IMG/VR virus record: IMGVR_UViG_3300021963_000025
Location: 1 to 64,000 of that record
Strand: one strand, 5' to 3'
DNA from: a virus
Taxonomy: Duplodnaviria > Heunggongvirae > Uroviricota > Caudoviricetes
Length of the DNA stretch: 64,000 nucleotides
This document shows positions 36,002-44,713 of this stretch, piece by piece (positions within the stretch are counted from its first letter, which is position 1; every line of letters starts with the position of its first letter). Position numbers and translations under genes: made by a program. The notes beneath the pieces were generated by a model, which was not told where the DNA came from, made no database searches, and was given only the letters and a program-made list of their open reading frames with translations.

Positions 36002-36455
36002 ACCAAATAGTAAGTTTCAAAAAGTAGAAAATGAATGCTCCGTATTTTTAGCAGGTTCTATAGAAATGGGAAAAGCAGAAGATTGGCAAAAGAGAATCGA
36101 GAACAATTACATTAATACCAATGTAACACTTTACAATCCAAGACGTGATGATTGGGATTCAAGCTGGACTCAAGAACAATCAAATCCTCAATTCAACCAA
36201 CAAGTAAACTGGGAAATGAATAGTCTTGAAAGGGCAGACATAATCTTCATGTACTTCTCTCCAGAAACTAAGAGTCCAATTAGTCTTCTAGAACTTGGGT
36301 TACATGCAAACGATAACATTATTGTCTGTTGTCCAGAAGGATTTTGGCGAAAGGGAAATGTCGATATTGTTTGTACTAGATATGGAATTCCATTATTTGA
36401 AAATCTAGATGATGCTATTGGAGCCCTAACCACAAAAATAAATCAAAAACTTTAA
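35988..36455 (+). CDS. nucleoside 2-deoxyribosyltransferase-like protein
   Basis: CSVFLAGSI, conserved acidic residues, ISLLELG and IIVCCPE blocks fit the NDT/DNPH1-like Rossmann fold; start moved to ATG 35988 to avoid deep overlap. Confidence 0.5.
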   Translation: MQVIKPNSKFQKVENECSVFLAGSIEMGKAEDWQKRIENNYINTNVTLYNPRRDDWDSSWTQEQSNPQFNQQVNWEMNSLERADIIFMYFSPETKSPISLLELGLHANDNIIVCCPEGFWRKGNVDIVCTRYGIPLFENLDDAIGALTTKINQKL

Positions 36456-36468
36456 CATAATTTTAACA

Positions 36469-36496
36469 CTCCAGATTTTACCGTCTGGAGTTTTTT
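36469..36496 (+). terminator. rho-independent terminator
   Basis: ctccaga-ttttaccg-tctggag followed by TTTTTT. Confidence 0.6.
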
Positions 36497-36523
36497 GTTT
36501 ATATTTACATTATAATTAAAACA
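36495..36523 (+). promoter_or_regulatory. conserved promoter-like cassette motif
   Basis: ttgtttatatttacattataattaaaaca upstream of CDS 36533. Confidence 0.5.
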
Positions 36524-36532
36524 GATATAAAA

Positions 36533-37273
36533 ATGGCAAAAATATTTAAAGTTGGAGGTTGTATCAGGGATAAATTCCTTGGACTGGACTCTAAAGATAT
36601 AGATTTTACTTTCGTATTGGAAGACACTAAAGGTTTTACGGTTGAGGATGGTTTTCAAATCATGACCAATTGGATGACGGACCAAGGGTTTGAAATCTTC
36701 TTAAGTACTCCGGACTGTTTTACTATTCGTGCTAAGTTTCCAAAAGACCATCAGTTCGCTGGACTGGTTGCAGACTTTGTAATGGCCCGTAAAGAGGTTG
36801 GATATGTTGAAGGAACCCGTAGACCTATCCTAGAACTTGGTACTCTTGAAGACGATTTGGTTCGTAGAGATTTTACCCTAAACGCTCTTGCAGAGGACAT
36901 TGATGGTAATCTTATTGACCTATTCGGTGGAGTAGAAGACTTGAAGGCTGGAATCTTGAGAACTCCATTAGATGCTAAGACTACAATGATGGACGACCCA
37001 TTGAGAATCTTAAGAGCTCTTAGATTTACCATCACTAAAGATTTTCAAATGAGCATGGATATATGGGATGCGATGAAACAACCTAAAATTCTAGAGAAAC
37101 TGGAACAAACTGTAAGTGGAGAGAGAATCAGAGAGGAAATCATAAAAATGATGAAACATGATACTCCAAGAAGTTTTAGATTGCTTTCTGATGTTGACCA
37201 AGATATTCCAGGATTCTTAGATTTAATCTTTAAAAATGGCATGTGGTTGAAACCAACTTTCGAAAAAATATAA
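36533..37273 (+). CDS. tRNA nucleotidyltransferase/poly(A) polymerase head-domain protein (CCA-adding-type, minimal)
   Basis: GGCIRDKFLGL...DIDFTF matches the class II CCA-enzyme GGxVRD...DxD head motif; 246 aa (short). Confidence 0.6.
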   Translation: MAKIFKVGGCIRDKFLGLDSKDIDFTFVLEDTKGFTVEDGFQIMTNWMTDQGFEIFLSTPDCFTIRAKFPKDHQFAGLVADFVMARKEVGYVEGTRRPILELGTLEDDLVRRDFTLNALAEDIDGNLIDLFGGVEDLKAGILRTPLDAKTTMMDDPLRILRALRFTITKDFQMSMDIWDAMKQPKILEKLEQTVSGERIREEIIKMMKHDTPRSFRLLSDVDQDIPGFLDLIFKNGMWLKPTFEKI

Positions 37274-37275
37274 TT

Positions 37276-37521
37276 ATGAAAAAGTTTTTAGAATTTATTT
37301 GGGAGTTGGTTGGACCATTCTTAATGCAAGCCTTTATATTTTTTATAGGAATGGTAATGTTTGGATGGGTACTTAGTCTTTTTGGATTATTTGTTTTCTT
37401 TGAACCAACCACTCCAATATGGCTAAAATGGGTTGTAGGTATTTTTGACTCTTTCTGTTTAATCTTGTTAATCTACAGTTGGATTTACGGTGCTTGGGAA
37501 AGAGTCTATAAACAAAATTAA
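37276..37521 (+). CDS. small membrane protein
   Basis: Start moved to MKKFLEF; three hydrophobic segments. Confidence 0.5.
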   Translation: MKKFLEFIWELVGPFLMQAFIFFIGMVMFGWVLSLFGLFVFFEPTTPIWLKWVVGIFDSFCLILLIYSWIYGAWERVYKQN

Positions 37522-37540
37522 TTTTTTAAATATAATACTT

Positions 37541-37822
37541 ATGAAACAAATTGACGACAAAGAAATCCTAATATGTGCATGCCACTCGACTGACCATCAA
37601 CTTATAATCCTATATGAGGATGAAGAAGTTGATGGCCATCGACATCCAATATGTTATTTCCATGTACACTTAAGGAAAAGACCATTTTGGGAAAGAGTTA
37701 AGTATGGAATCCTATATATTTTCGGAAGGCAATGCAACTACGGGGCCTTCGATGAATTTATATTCAATTCAAAAGATGCCAATAAAATACAAGAATTGGC
37801 AGACTATTTAACAAAAGTTTAA
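37541..37822 (+). CDS. hypothetical protein
   Basis: Start chosen at MKQIDDKE to avoid overlap; Cys/His-rich (CACHSTDH). Confidence 0.5.
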   Translation: MKQIDDKEILICACHSTDHQLIILYEDEEVDGHRHPICYFHVHLRKRPFWERVKYGILYIFGRQCNYGAFDEFIFNSKDANKIQELADYLTKV

Positions 37823-37850
37823 CACTCTGGATTTTACCAAGTGGAAACAA

Positions 37851-37880
37851 TTGATTATATTTACATATCAAATTAAAACA
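37851..37880 (+). promoter_or_regulatory. conserved promoter-like cassette motif
   Basis: ttgattatatttacatatcaaattaaaaca upstream of CDS 37888. Confidence 0.5.
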
Positions 37881-37887
37881 AACGAAA

Positions 37888-38292
37888 ATGACTAGAATAT
37901 ACTTAGATGACGTAAGAACTCCAGTTGACAATGATTGGATTGTTGTTAGAAGCTACGAGGAATTTGTAGAGAAAGTTACCGAAATTGGATTAGAAAACAT
38001 TGATTTGATTTCTTTGGACCATGACTTAGGAGACACTGCGATGCAAGAATGGCACCGTAATGTATATCACAATTATGAATTAAATTATGATAACATTGAA
38101 GAGAAGACTGGAATGGATTGCACTAAATGGTTGGTCAATCAATGGTTGGATGGAGCTCCTGTTGTTGATGTTGTAATACACTCTGCCAACGCAATCGGTA
38201 GTGCCAACATGATGGGTTACATTAATAACTACAGACATGTAAATAGATTGCCACAGAATTGCATCCGTGTTAGAATCGAGCACACTGTATAG
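37888..38292 (+). CDS. hypothetical protein, possible divergent receiver-like (cREC-type) domain
   Basis: IYLDDVR...SLDHDLGD pattern; weak recollection of the cyclic-phosphate-processing receiver domain described in RNA-repair loci. Confidence 0.5.
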   Translation: MTRIYLDDVRTPVDNDWIVVRSYEEFVEKVTEIGLENIDLISLDHDLGDTAMQEWHRNVYHNYELNYDNIEEKTGMDCTKWLVNQWLDGAPVVDVVIHSANAIGSANMMGYINNYRHVNRLPQNCIRVRIEHTV

Positions 38293-38339
38293 AAACATAA
38301 GAGAGTCTTATGCTTTAGTATTAATTTAAAACAAAAATT

Positions 38340-38903
38340 ATGACATTGTATAAATTTGATTCAGATAGTTTGGCATACTGCCGGATTAATAAACCAATGT
38401 ACTTATTAAAATATATTGGAATTACTTTAGGAATTTGTTTAGCAGTTGGAATTTTTAGTTCAATGCAGTACATTGAAAAAACCAAAGTAGAATTAATTAA
38501 ATCAGAAGCAGTTATTAATTTAATTACCAATGAATCTTTTACAAGAGAAAAATTCTTTGAAGAGGTAGACAAGAGTAATTTTAAATACCCAGACATAATT
38601 AAAGCGCAAGCATTAATTGAAAGTCAGCACTTTTGTTCTCCAGTTTGGAAAGAAAATAACAACGCACTGGGTATGAGATTACCAAATACAAGATTTACTT
38701 TAGCAACGGGTTCAAATTTAGGACATGCTACTTATAAAACTTGGAAAGATTGCGTTAAGGATAGATTAATCTATGAGGCACTTTACTTAAATGATTTGAC
38801 AAAAGTGCAATATTTTAAGTACCTAGACAAAGTTTATGCCAGAGCAGGAGCTACTGCCTATTCAGATTTAATTAAAACAATTATTAAACAAAAGAATCTA
38901 TAA
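38340..38903 (+). CDS. glucosaminidase-domain protein (FlgJ-type muramidase) with N-terminal TM anchor
   Basis: AQALIESQHF...NNNALGMR matches the PF01832-type glucosaminidase AQAxlESgwG...NNxFGik block; N-terminal hydrophobic helix. Confidence 0.45.
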   Translation: MTLYKFDSDSLAYCRINKPMYLLKYIGITLGICLAVGIFSSMQYIEKTKVELIKSEAVINLITNESFTREKFFEEVDKSNFKYPDIIKAQALIESQHFCSPVWKENNNALGMRLPNTRFTLATGSNLGHATYKTWKDCVKDRLIYEALYLNDLTKVQYFKYLDKVYARAGATAYSDLIKTIIKQKNL

Positions 38904-38907
38904 AATT

Positions 38908-39114
38908 ATGGCTTATTATAATGGACCTCGTAGAAAGAAAAAAGTTGACCCAAGTACGGTAAGACAGAGGATATCGGGAGAGGACTTTGAAAACGTACTT
39001 GGAAAACTTAAGAAGGAGGATATTAATGTAGACCCTCATTCACAATTCAGAACTATTAACGGAATCCCACACAAGTATAAAGACGGACAGTGGGTACCAC
39101 TAACTAAATTATAA
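38908..39114 (+). CDS. hypothetical protein
   Basis: ORF. Confidence 0.5.
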   Translation: MAYYNGPRRKKKVDPSTVRQRISGEDFENVLGKLKKEDINVDPHSQFRTINGIPHKYKDGQWVPLTKL

Positions 39115-39115
39115 A

Positions 39116-39493
39116 ATGAAATATTTATTAGCACTACTTTTATTTTCAACCCTATGTTTTAGTCAACCTAAAGTGTATGAGTATGATACTTTTGATAAAA
39201 GAACGCCAGACGGTTGGGAAATGATAAAAGTTCCGGGTGAAGTTCATATCGACAATCAAACCAGAGAAATTGTTATTGTTAACCAAAATGCTTATATCAT
39301 TTACAATTGGAGTAGCAAACAACAATTCATAAGAAAGAGTAGTTATTTGTACCGTTTAAGAGATTGGAGAGACGTAGAAGTAACAATGAAAATAGACTAC
39401 TTTGAAAATTCAGAAACAATCGAATTGTACTACTACTCAGATGAACCTGGAATGAAATATTTTAGATTATGTTTAACAATTTGTAAAGATTAA
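39116..39493 (+). CDS. secreted hypothetical protein
   Basis: N-terminal signal peptide MKYLLALLLFSTLCFS. Confidence 0.55.
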   Translation: MKYLLALLLFSTLCFSQPKVYEYDTFDKRTPDGWEMIKVPGEVHIDNQTREIVIVNQNAYIIYNWSSKQQFIRKSSYLYRLRDWRDVEVTMKIDYFENSETIELYYYSDEPGMKYFRLCLTICKD

Positions 39494-39494
39494 T

Positions 39495-39719
39495 ATGGCA
39501 GCAGAAGGAAATACACCATTGGAAATTGAGGAATGGATTGTTAAGACGATTAATTCATGTACTACGATTGAACAGATTAAAAAGTCCAGAAAGTTAATAG
39601 ATTTATATTATAAATGGCTTTCGTATGAAACGGATTTAAGTTGGGAAATTAAGAGACATCTTAAGGATAATATGGTTGAACACTACAAGAATACAAAATT
39701 AGAATTAATTAGAAACTAG
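39495..39719 (+). CDS. hypothetical protein
   Basis: ORF. Confidence 0.5.
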   Translation: MAAEGNTPLEIEEWIVKTINSCTTIEQIKKSRKLIDLYYKWLSYETDLSWEIKRHLKDNMVEHYKNTKLELIRN

Positions 39720-39720
39720 G

Positions 39721-40296
39721 ATGAAAACAATTTTTCTGGATAATGACGGAGTAATCTGCCTCTACAATAACTGGGGAGGTCGAGCAAAGAAATGGAGCAA
39801 GTACACTAAACTTAATCCAGGCCAGACCAGTCTAGCGCTTGCACCAGTAGACATACGTTTTGATAACTTTGACGAAAAAGCAGTTAAGGTATTAAACCAA
39901 ATCCTGGAAGAGACTGGAGCCGAAATCGTTGTAAGTTCGGACTGGAGGTTGCATGCAACCCTTGAAGAACTTGGAGAATACTACTTGGCAAAAGGAATCT
40001 TGAAGGCTCCAATCGCATTCACTAAAAGATATATTGGTTGTGATAAACCAGACGAATTTGAATGGTCCAGAAGAACTATGTACGAACAACAGCGATGTAT
40101 TGAAGTTCGACAATATTTAATTGACCATCCAGAAATCACACACTGGGTTTGTATTGATGACCTAGAACTTGGAGAGTCGGACAATTATGGAAATGTACAT
40201 GAATGGGGTTTGAAAAACTTTGTATGGACTCCAAACGAGAAAGAGGGAATTAAACAACAAGGAATTAAAGATAGAGTACTACAATTTTTAAAATAA
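39721..40296 (+). CDS. HAD-superfamily hydrolase (paralogue of 29989-30477)
   Basis: FLDNDGVI motif I; similar length and layout to CDS 29989. Confidence 0.55.
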   Translation: MKTIFLDNDGVICLYNNWGGRAKKWSKYTKLNPGQTSLALAPVDIRFDNFDEKAVKVLNQILEETGAEIVVSSDWRLHATLEELGEYYLAKGILKAPIAFTKRYIGCDKPDEFEWSRRTMYEQQRCIEVRQYLIDHPEITHWVCIDDLELGESDNYGNVHEWGLKNFVWTPNEKEGIKQQGIKDRVLQFLK

Positions 40297-40301
40297 AGGT
40301 T

Positions 40302-40673
40302 ATGTTTAGAAGAACTAGGATTAAAGTTGCTAAAAAATTTAGACAACAATTAACTCAAGAAGACTTAAGAGGTTATCGAAACATCTTAAAGTTGTTATAT
40401 CACCCTAAAGCAGAAACACCTCTCAAAGACCCTGATGTTGCAAAATTCTATATTCAAGTACCGACCCTACACCTTGACCTGATTATTGATTCGACCAAGG
40501 CAGAAATTGTCAACACAAAACAAATCTATCCACTGAATCTAAATGAAAAGGTAACGGAAAGAGCAGTTAAAAGAATCAGAGAGGAAGTATCGAAACAGAG
40601 AGCAGACCTTGAAGAAATAATCCGAGGTAAAAAAGATACCATATTAACCAAACTATATAGTCAAATAAAATAA
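40302..40673 (+). CDS. hypothetical protein
   Basis: ORF. Confidence 0.55.
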   Translation: MFRRTRIKVAKKFRQQLTQEDLRGYRNILKLLYHPKAETPLKDPDVAKFYIQVPTLHLDLIIDSTKAEIVNTKQIYPLNLNEKVTERAVKRIREEVSKQRADLEEIIRGKKDTILTKLYSQIK

Positions 40674-41077
40674 TGAAGAACAATAATTACATGACCGATG
40701 AGGAATTTAGTGCTTTCTTAGAAAGTATTGGAGGACTTGAAAATGGATGGTACACTGACCGGGATCCCATCAAGGCTAGAGGTTTCTTTAGCGTTGATAA
40801 TGGCTGGTTAGGTATTGTACAACGACTTATTGTAGACCTTATTGAACTTGGATGGAACAAACAAATTTGTCAAGTTAAAGAAAAGTTTGGAGGTTTGAGA
40901 TTTTATACAAATGAATGTTCTGATGATATGTGGAATAGAATTCGTTTGGCCGAAGATGCTTCTTATTTGACTTGCGAAAAATGTGGAGAATTAGGAGAAT
41001 TGAGAGGTGGCGGCTGGATGGCAACACTGTGTGATGAACATGCCGAAGGTCGAGAAGCTTATAACAATCCATTCTAA
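40673..41077 (+). CDS. hypothetical protein with C-terminal Cys/His cluster
   Basis: CEKCGELGE...CDEH. Confidence 0.55.
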   Translation: MKNNNYMTDEEFSAFLESIGGLENGWYTDRDPIKARGFFSVDNGWLGIVQRLIVDLIELGWNKQICQVKEKFGGLRFYTNECSDDMWNRIRLAEDASYLTCEKCGELGELRGGGWMATLCDEHAEGREAYNNPF

Positions 41078-41667
41078 TGATTAAAGCACCCAAAGTATTA
41101 GTGGCTCCGCCGTATGGAGAACTTGAAAAGCAAATGTACCAGGAATGGCTTACTGAGCATGGGTTCAAACCATATTTTCTTGGAAGTGAATGTAAAAACA
41201 TTGATGCTCCATTAATACTTTGTGGAGGTGCAGATATTGGTAAGAATCCAATACGAGATGCCAGAGAAACCGAATGGATTAAGAGTGCACTAGAAAATGA
41301 ACAACCAATAATTGGAATCTGTCGAGGAATGCAACTCTTAAACCACTACTTTGGTGAACCGGTTGAAAATATACCCGAACCACTTTTAGAAAATCATCTC
41401 AATGATACATTTGACGATGATGAAGACCATTCATTCAGACTATCCCAGTTTCATCAAGTCTATGATATTGATGGAAACCTCATGGAGGTTAATTCAAGAC
41501 ACCATCAACACTGTCGTTGGGTTCCATTGAACTTTGATATTACCCATAGGGCAGAGGATGGAACTGTCGAAGGAATTGTAGACTATAAGCGTAATATCTG
41601 GGCAGTCCAATGGCACCCTGAACGGGGAGAATGTCAGAACAATGAATATCCACTTGATAAACTTTAA
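41077..41667 (+). CDS. class I glutamine amidotransferase-like protein (GATase1/gamma-glutamyl hydrolase-like)
   Basis: GICRGMQLL nucleophile elbow with catalytic Cys, and QWHPE histidine motif. Confidence 0.6.
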   Translation: MIKAPKVLVAPPYGELEKQMYQEWLTEHGFKPYFLGSECKNIDAPLILCGGADIGKNPIRDARETEWIKSALENEQPIIGICRGMQLLNHYFGEPVENIPEPLLENHLNDTFDDDEDHSFRLSQFHQVYDIDGNLMEVNSRHHQHCRWVPLNFDITHRAEDGTVEGIVDYKRNIWAVQWHPERGECQNNEYPLDKL

Positions 41668-41696
41668 CAAAATTTTAACACTTAGGATTTTCCGGA

Positions 41697-41725
41697 TTCA
41701 GGCATATTGATTATATTTACATTAT
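41697..41725 (+). promoter_or_regulatory. conserved promoter-like cassette motif
   Basis: ttgattatatttacattataattaaaaca upstream of CDS 41756. Confidence 0.5.
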
Positions 41726-41755
41726 AATTAAAACAACAATATAAAAACAAATCAC

Positions 41756-41938
41756 ATGAAAACAGTAATTGGAAGTATTTTGGTAGAATTAAGTATCGAC
41801 ACAATCATGATTAAAGATGCTAAAACGTTAGATTTAATAAGAGCTAAAACAGTTAATGCAAATGACGCTGTTGATACCTACAAAGAATTGGTAGTGACAC
41901 TTACTGAAAAACATAAAAAATTAACAGCAAATGGTTAA
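41756..41938 (+). CDS. hypothetical protein
   Basis: ORF. Confidence 0.5.
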   Translation: MKTVIGSILVELSIDTIMIKDAKTLDLIRAKTVNANDAVDTYKELVVTLTEKHKKLTANG

Positions 41939-42152
41939 GACACAAACTAACATATACGATTCGTCGACGATTAAAGCGTCGACGTATGAGTATGAATCAA
42001 AGAATCTTTATGTTGTTTTCGGACATGCAACATATCGATATGCGGAAGTACCTGTAGAGGTCTATCAAGAATTCGCTAATGCAACTTCACAGGGAATTGC
42101 TCTTAACGAATTGATTAAAGGTAAATTTGAATACGAAAAACTGGAGGAATAA
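41931..42152 (+). CDS. hypothetical protein
   Basis: ORF. Confidence 0.5.
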   Translation: MVKTQTNIYDSSTIKASTYEYESKNLYVVFGHATYRYAEVPVEVYQEFANATSQGIALNELIKGKFEYEKLEE

Positions 42153-42153
42153 G

Positions 42154-42516
42154 ATGGAAAAGTACATCCAACATAAAGACCTTAAAAAGGTCGAAATCTT
42201 AATGAGCTTCCAAAGACTGGAAGATGGTGAAGAGTTACCAAAGGTAATTGCTCTTGGAGTATCAGACCAAAAGGCATTCACTTCAGATAACAGAAGTAAT
42301 TTTGGAGAGGTAACTTACAAGACGTCTTATAACAATAGAACGGGTAGAAAAGTATCGAACTATTATTTATTTTGGGGTGTTGATGACCGATTCGAAGAGT
42401 CCGGATTTCAAATTTTAACTACCAAATCCGGTAGAAAGGTAAACCTAAAAAGTGCCTTAAAGGTATTCAATGATGCCAGAAAGGCGACTGAATTTGTAAA
42501 CTTTTCTAGAATTTAA
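42154..42516 (+). CDS. hypothetical protein
   Basis: Start set at MEKYIQ immediately after upstream stop. Confidence 0.5.
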   Translation: MEKYIQHKDLKKVEILMSFQRLEDGEELPKVIALGVSDQKAFTSDNRSNFGEVTYKTSYNNRTGRKVSNYYLFWGVDDRFEESGFQILTTKSGRKVNLKSALKVFNDARKATEFVNFSRI

Positions 42517-42540
42517 AATATAACCTAAAATAAGATAATT

Positions 42541-42798
42541 ATGCCATTTTATACAGGAACAAAAGCAGACCTTTCTGATATGCGAGAAGTACAAGGTATG
42601 TACATCTCAGAGGATGGAAATCAATGGTCAAATCGGCCGTATCCAATCCATCGAGAATTATACAGGCATTTAAAGTACGTTAATTTAAGTTTCAAAGAAG
42701 CTCATGAAGCGATGTTAAATGGAACTTCAAAGGCATCTAAAAGAGTACAAAAATATGTATTGGCTAATTACCATGCAATGAACCCACAAAATAGATAA
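42541..42798 (+). CDS. hypothetical protein
   Basis: ORF. Confidence 0.5.
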   Translation: MPFYTGTKADLSDMREVQGMYISEDGNQWSNRPYPIHRELYRHLKYVNLSFKEAHEAMLNGTSKASKRVQKYVLANYHAMNPQNR

Positions 42799-42800
42799 AA

Positions 42801-43478
42801 ATGCGTTATATAAGTATAGATATCGAGACTACAGGATTAGACCCTGAAACTTGTCAAATCCTTTCAATAGGAGCAGTAATTGAAGACACCCTGAATCAAC
42901 TTCCATTCGAAGACCTACCAACATTCCATGGTGTTATTAAACGTGAAAATGTTTCAGGAAGTCTATTTGCCCTGAACATGAACAGGGACCTTATAGAAAC
43001 TATTGTACAATATTCAGGCGCAAGGGACCAAGACGAAAAGAATGATATTGTGAATATGACTGGAATGCAGTTTTATCACGAAGATGAAATTGTAGAAGCG
43101 CTTTTCCAATTTTGTTTTCGAAATAATTTAGTAGAATTAAATCATGACATAAATAAAACAGTTAAAATTGTAGATGGAAAAACATATCCAGTATTAACTT
43201 CAAACATGCCTAAGGTTTATTTAAACTGCGCTGGTAAAAACTTTGCAGGATTTGACAAGAAATTCTTAGAGAAGTTACCGAGATGGAAACAAGTCTTTTC
43301 AATTCGTAGTCGAGTATTGGACCCAGGAATCCTGTTTGTTGATTGGATTAATGACGAGAGTATTCCAAGTCTTGGTGAATGTAAAAAACGTGCAGGAATC
43401 GACGGTATAGTAACTCACAATGCAGTCGAAGATGCAATGGATGTAGTAATGTTACTTAGACAATGTTATCAACTGTAA
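42801..43478 (+). CDS. DEDD-family 3'-5' exonuclease (DnaQ/RNase T-like)
   Basis: Exo I motif YISIDIETTGLDPE; further acidic/His residues (HNAVEDAMDV) consistent with Exo III. Confidence 0.65.
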   Translation: MRYISIDIETTGLDPETCQILSIGAVIEDTLNQLPFEDLPTFHGVIKRENVSGSLFALNMNRDLIETIVQYSGARDQDEKNDIVNMTGMQFYHEDEIVEALFQFCFRNNLVELNHDINKTVKIVDGKTYPVLTSNMPKVYLNCAGKNFAGFDKKFLEKLPRWKQVFSIRSRVLDPGILFVDWINDESIPSLGECKKRAGIDGIVTHNAVEDAMDVVMLLRQCYQL

Positions 43479-43481
43479 ATC

Positions 43482-43676
43482 ATGGCAACATATTTTAAAT
43501 TAACAGAGAGGCAAGAGAAGGAACTCAAAGAATGGCAAGAAAAGATTAAAGACCTTTTCGGAGAGTATGGGCTATATGATTATACATTTACTCCAAATGG
43601 AATTGGAGAAGGTGTAAAAGTTAGAAGCCATAAAACTGGAACAACATTAGATTTAACCCACGTAGAAGATTGGTAA
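43482..43676 (+). CDS. hypothetical protein
   Basis: ORF. Confidence 0.5.
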   Translation: MATYFKLTERQEKELKEWQEKIKDLFGEYGLYDYTFTPNGIGEGVKVRSHKTGTTLDLTHVEDW

Positions 43677-43677
43677 G

Positions 43678-44073
43678 ATGAGAGAGAAATATGTAACAAT
43701 AGAAACAGCTAAATTAGCAGCCGAAAAAGGATTTGACATAGAAACCAGAAATGCGGACTACATGGTGAATGGAAACTATCCAGGAGAAGTTGGAGCATGT
43801 GTTAGTTGTACTGAATATGTACCGTGTCCAAATCAGACGTTACTGCAAAAATGGTTGCGAGAGGTACATCAAATCTATGTTGATGTTGATATTGACCAAA
43901 CAACCTATCCTAAGTTTTGTTATATGATTAGTAGGTTCATTGGAAATCCTACAAATTTAGCGGCTGAGGAATGGGATTGGGAGAACTACCCGAATGGAGA
44001 AAACTGGAGTCTTCATAGAAAATGGGAAGATGCTCTTGAGGAAGGATTATTTGAAGCACTAAAATTAATATAA
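43678..44073 (+). CDS. hypothetical protein
   Basis: ORF. Confidence 0.55.
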   Translation: MREKYVTIETAKLAAEKGFDIETRNADYMVNGNYPGEVGACVSCTEYVPCPNQTLLQKWLREVHQIYVDVDIDQTTYPKFCYMISRFIGNPTNLAAEEWDWENYPNGENWSLHRKWEDALEEGLFEALKLI

Positions 44074-44077
44074 AGAT

Positions 44078-44713
44078 ATGGAACCAGAATTAGACATTTT
44101 TGACCAATGGGCCGAAGAGCGCGAAAAGAAATGGTGGATTACCAGAAAACTGGAATTAATTCCTCTTTGGTGGAACCATGAGGGAAGATATTACCATAAA
44201 ATGTTCCGAACTGGAGTAAAAAATTTGGTGTATTGGTTTCCTATCATTTGGAAGGACCGCAACTGGGACAGTCACTACATCTTTGAGATTATGATGCATA
44301 AGCTTAAAGCCCAATCAAAATATATCGGAGAGCGAGACATTCATACCAGAGCCAAAAGGGATGCAGAAGTTATGATGACATGCGTCAATTTAATGAAACT
44401 GGTTCAAGATGAGTTTTATTCAGGAGAGTACTCTGATTATCACAAAACCAAACATTGGTTCGAACCCGTTCCGGATAAACCAACTCTATCTTCATGGGAG
44501 AGCAAATTACTTGAAGAGAACTTCGATGACTACTTTAAGAAATATCCACTGATATACAAAAGAGTTCTTGCTGGAGAAGGAGTTTTTGGTAGAAAAGGTC
44601 GCGAAGAGGACAAACAAATTATTGCAATGAACATCGGACATATTAATCATGACCGAGCAAGAAAATTGCTATTCAAATTAATGGAACAAAATATTGAGCG
44701 ATGGTGGGACTAG
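44078..44713 (+). CDS. hypothetical protein
   Basis: ORF. Confidence 0.6.
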   Translation: MEPELDIFDQWAEEREKKWWITRKLELIPLWWNHEGRYYHKMFRTGVKNLVYWFPIIWKDRNWDSHYIFEIMMHKLKAQSKYIGERDIHTRAKRDAEVMMTCVNLMKLVQDEFYSGEYSDYHKTKHWFEPVPDKPTLSSWESKLLEENFDDYFKKYPLIYKRVLAGEGVFGRKGREEDKQIIAMNIGHINHDRARKLLFKLMEQNIERWWD

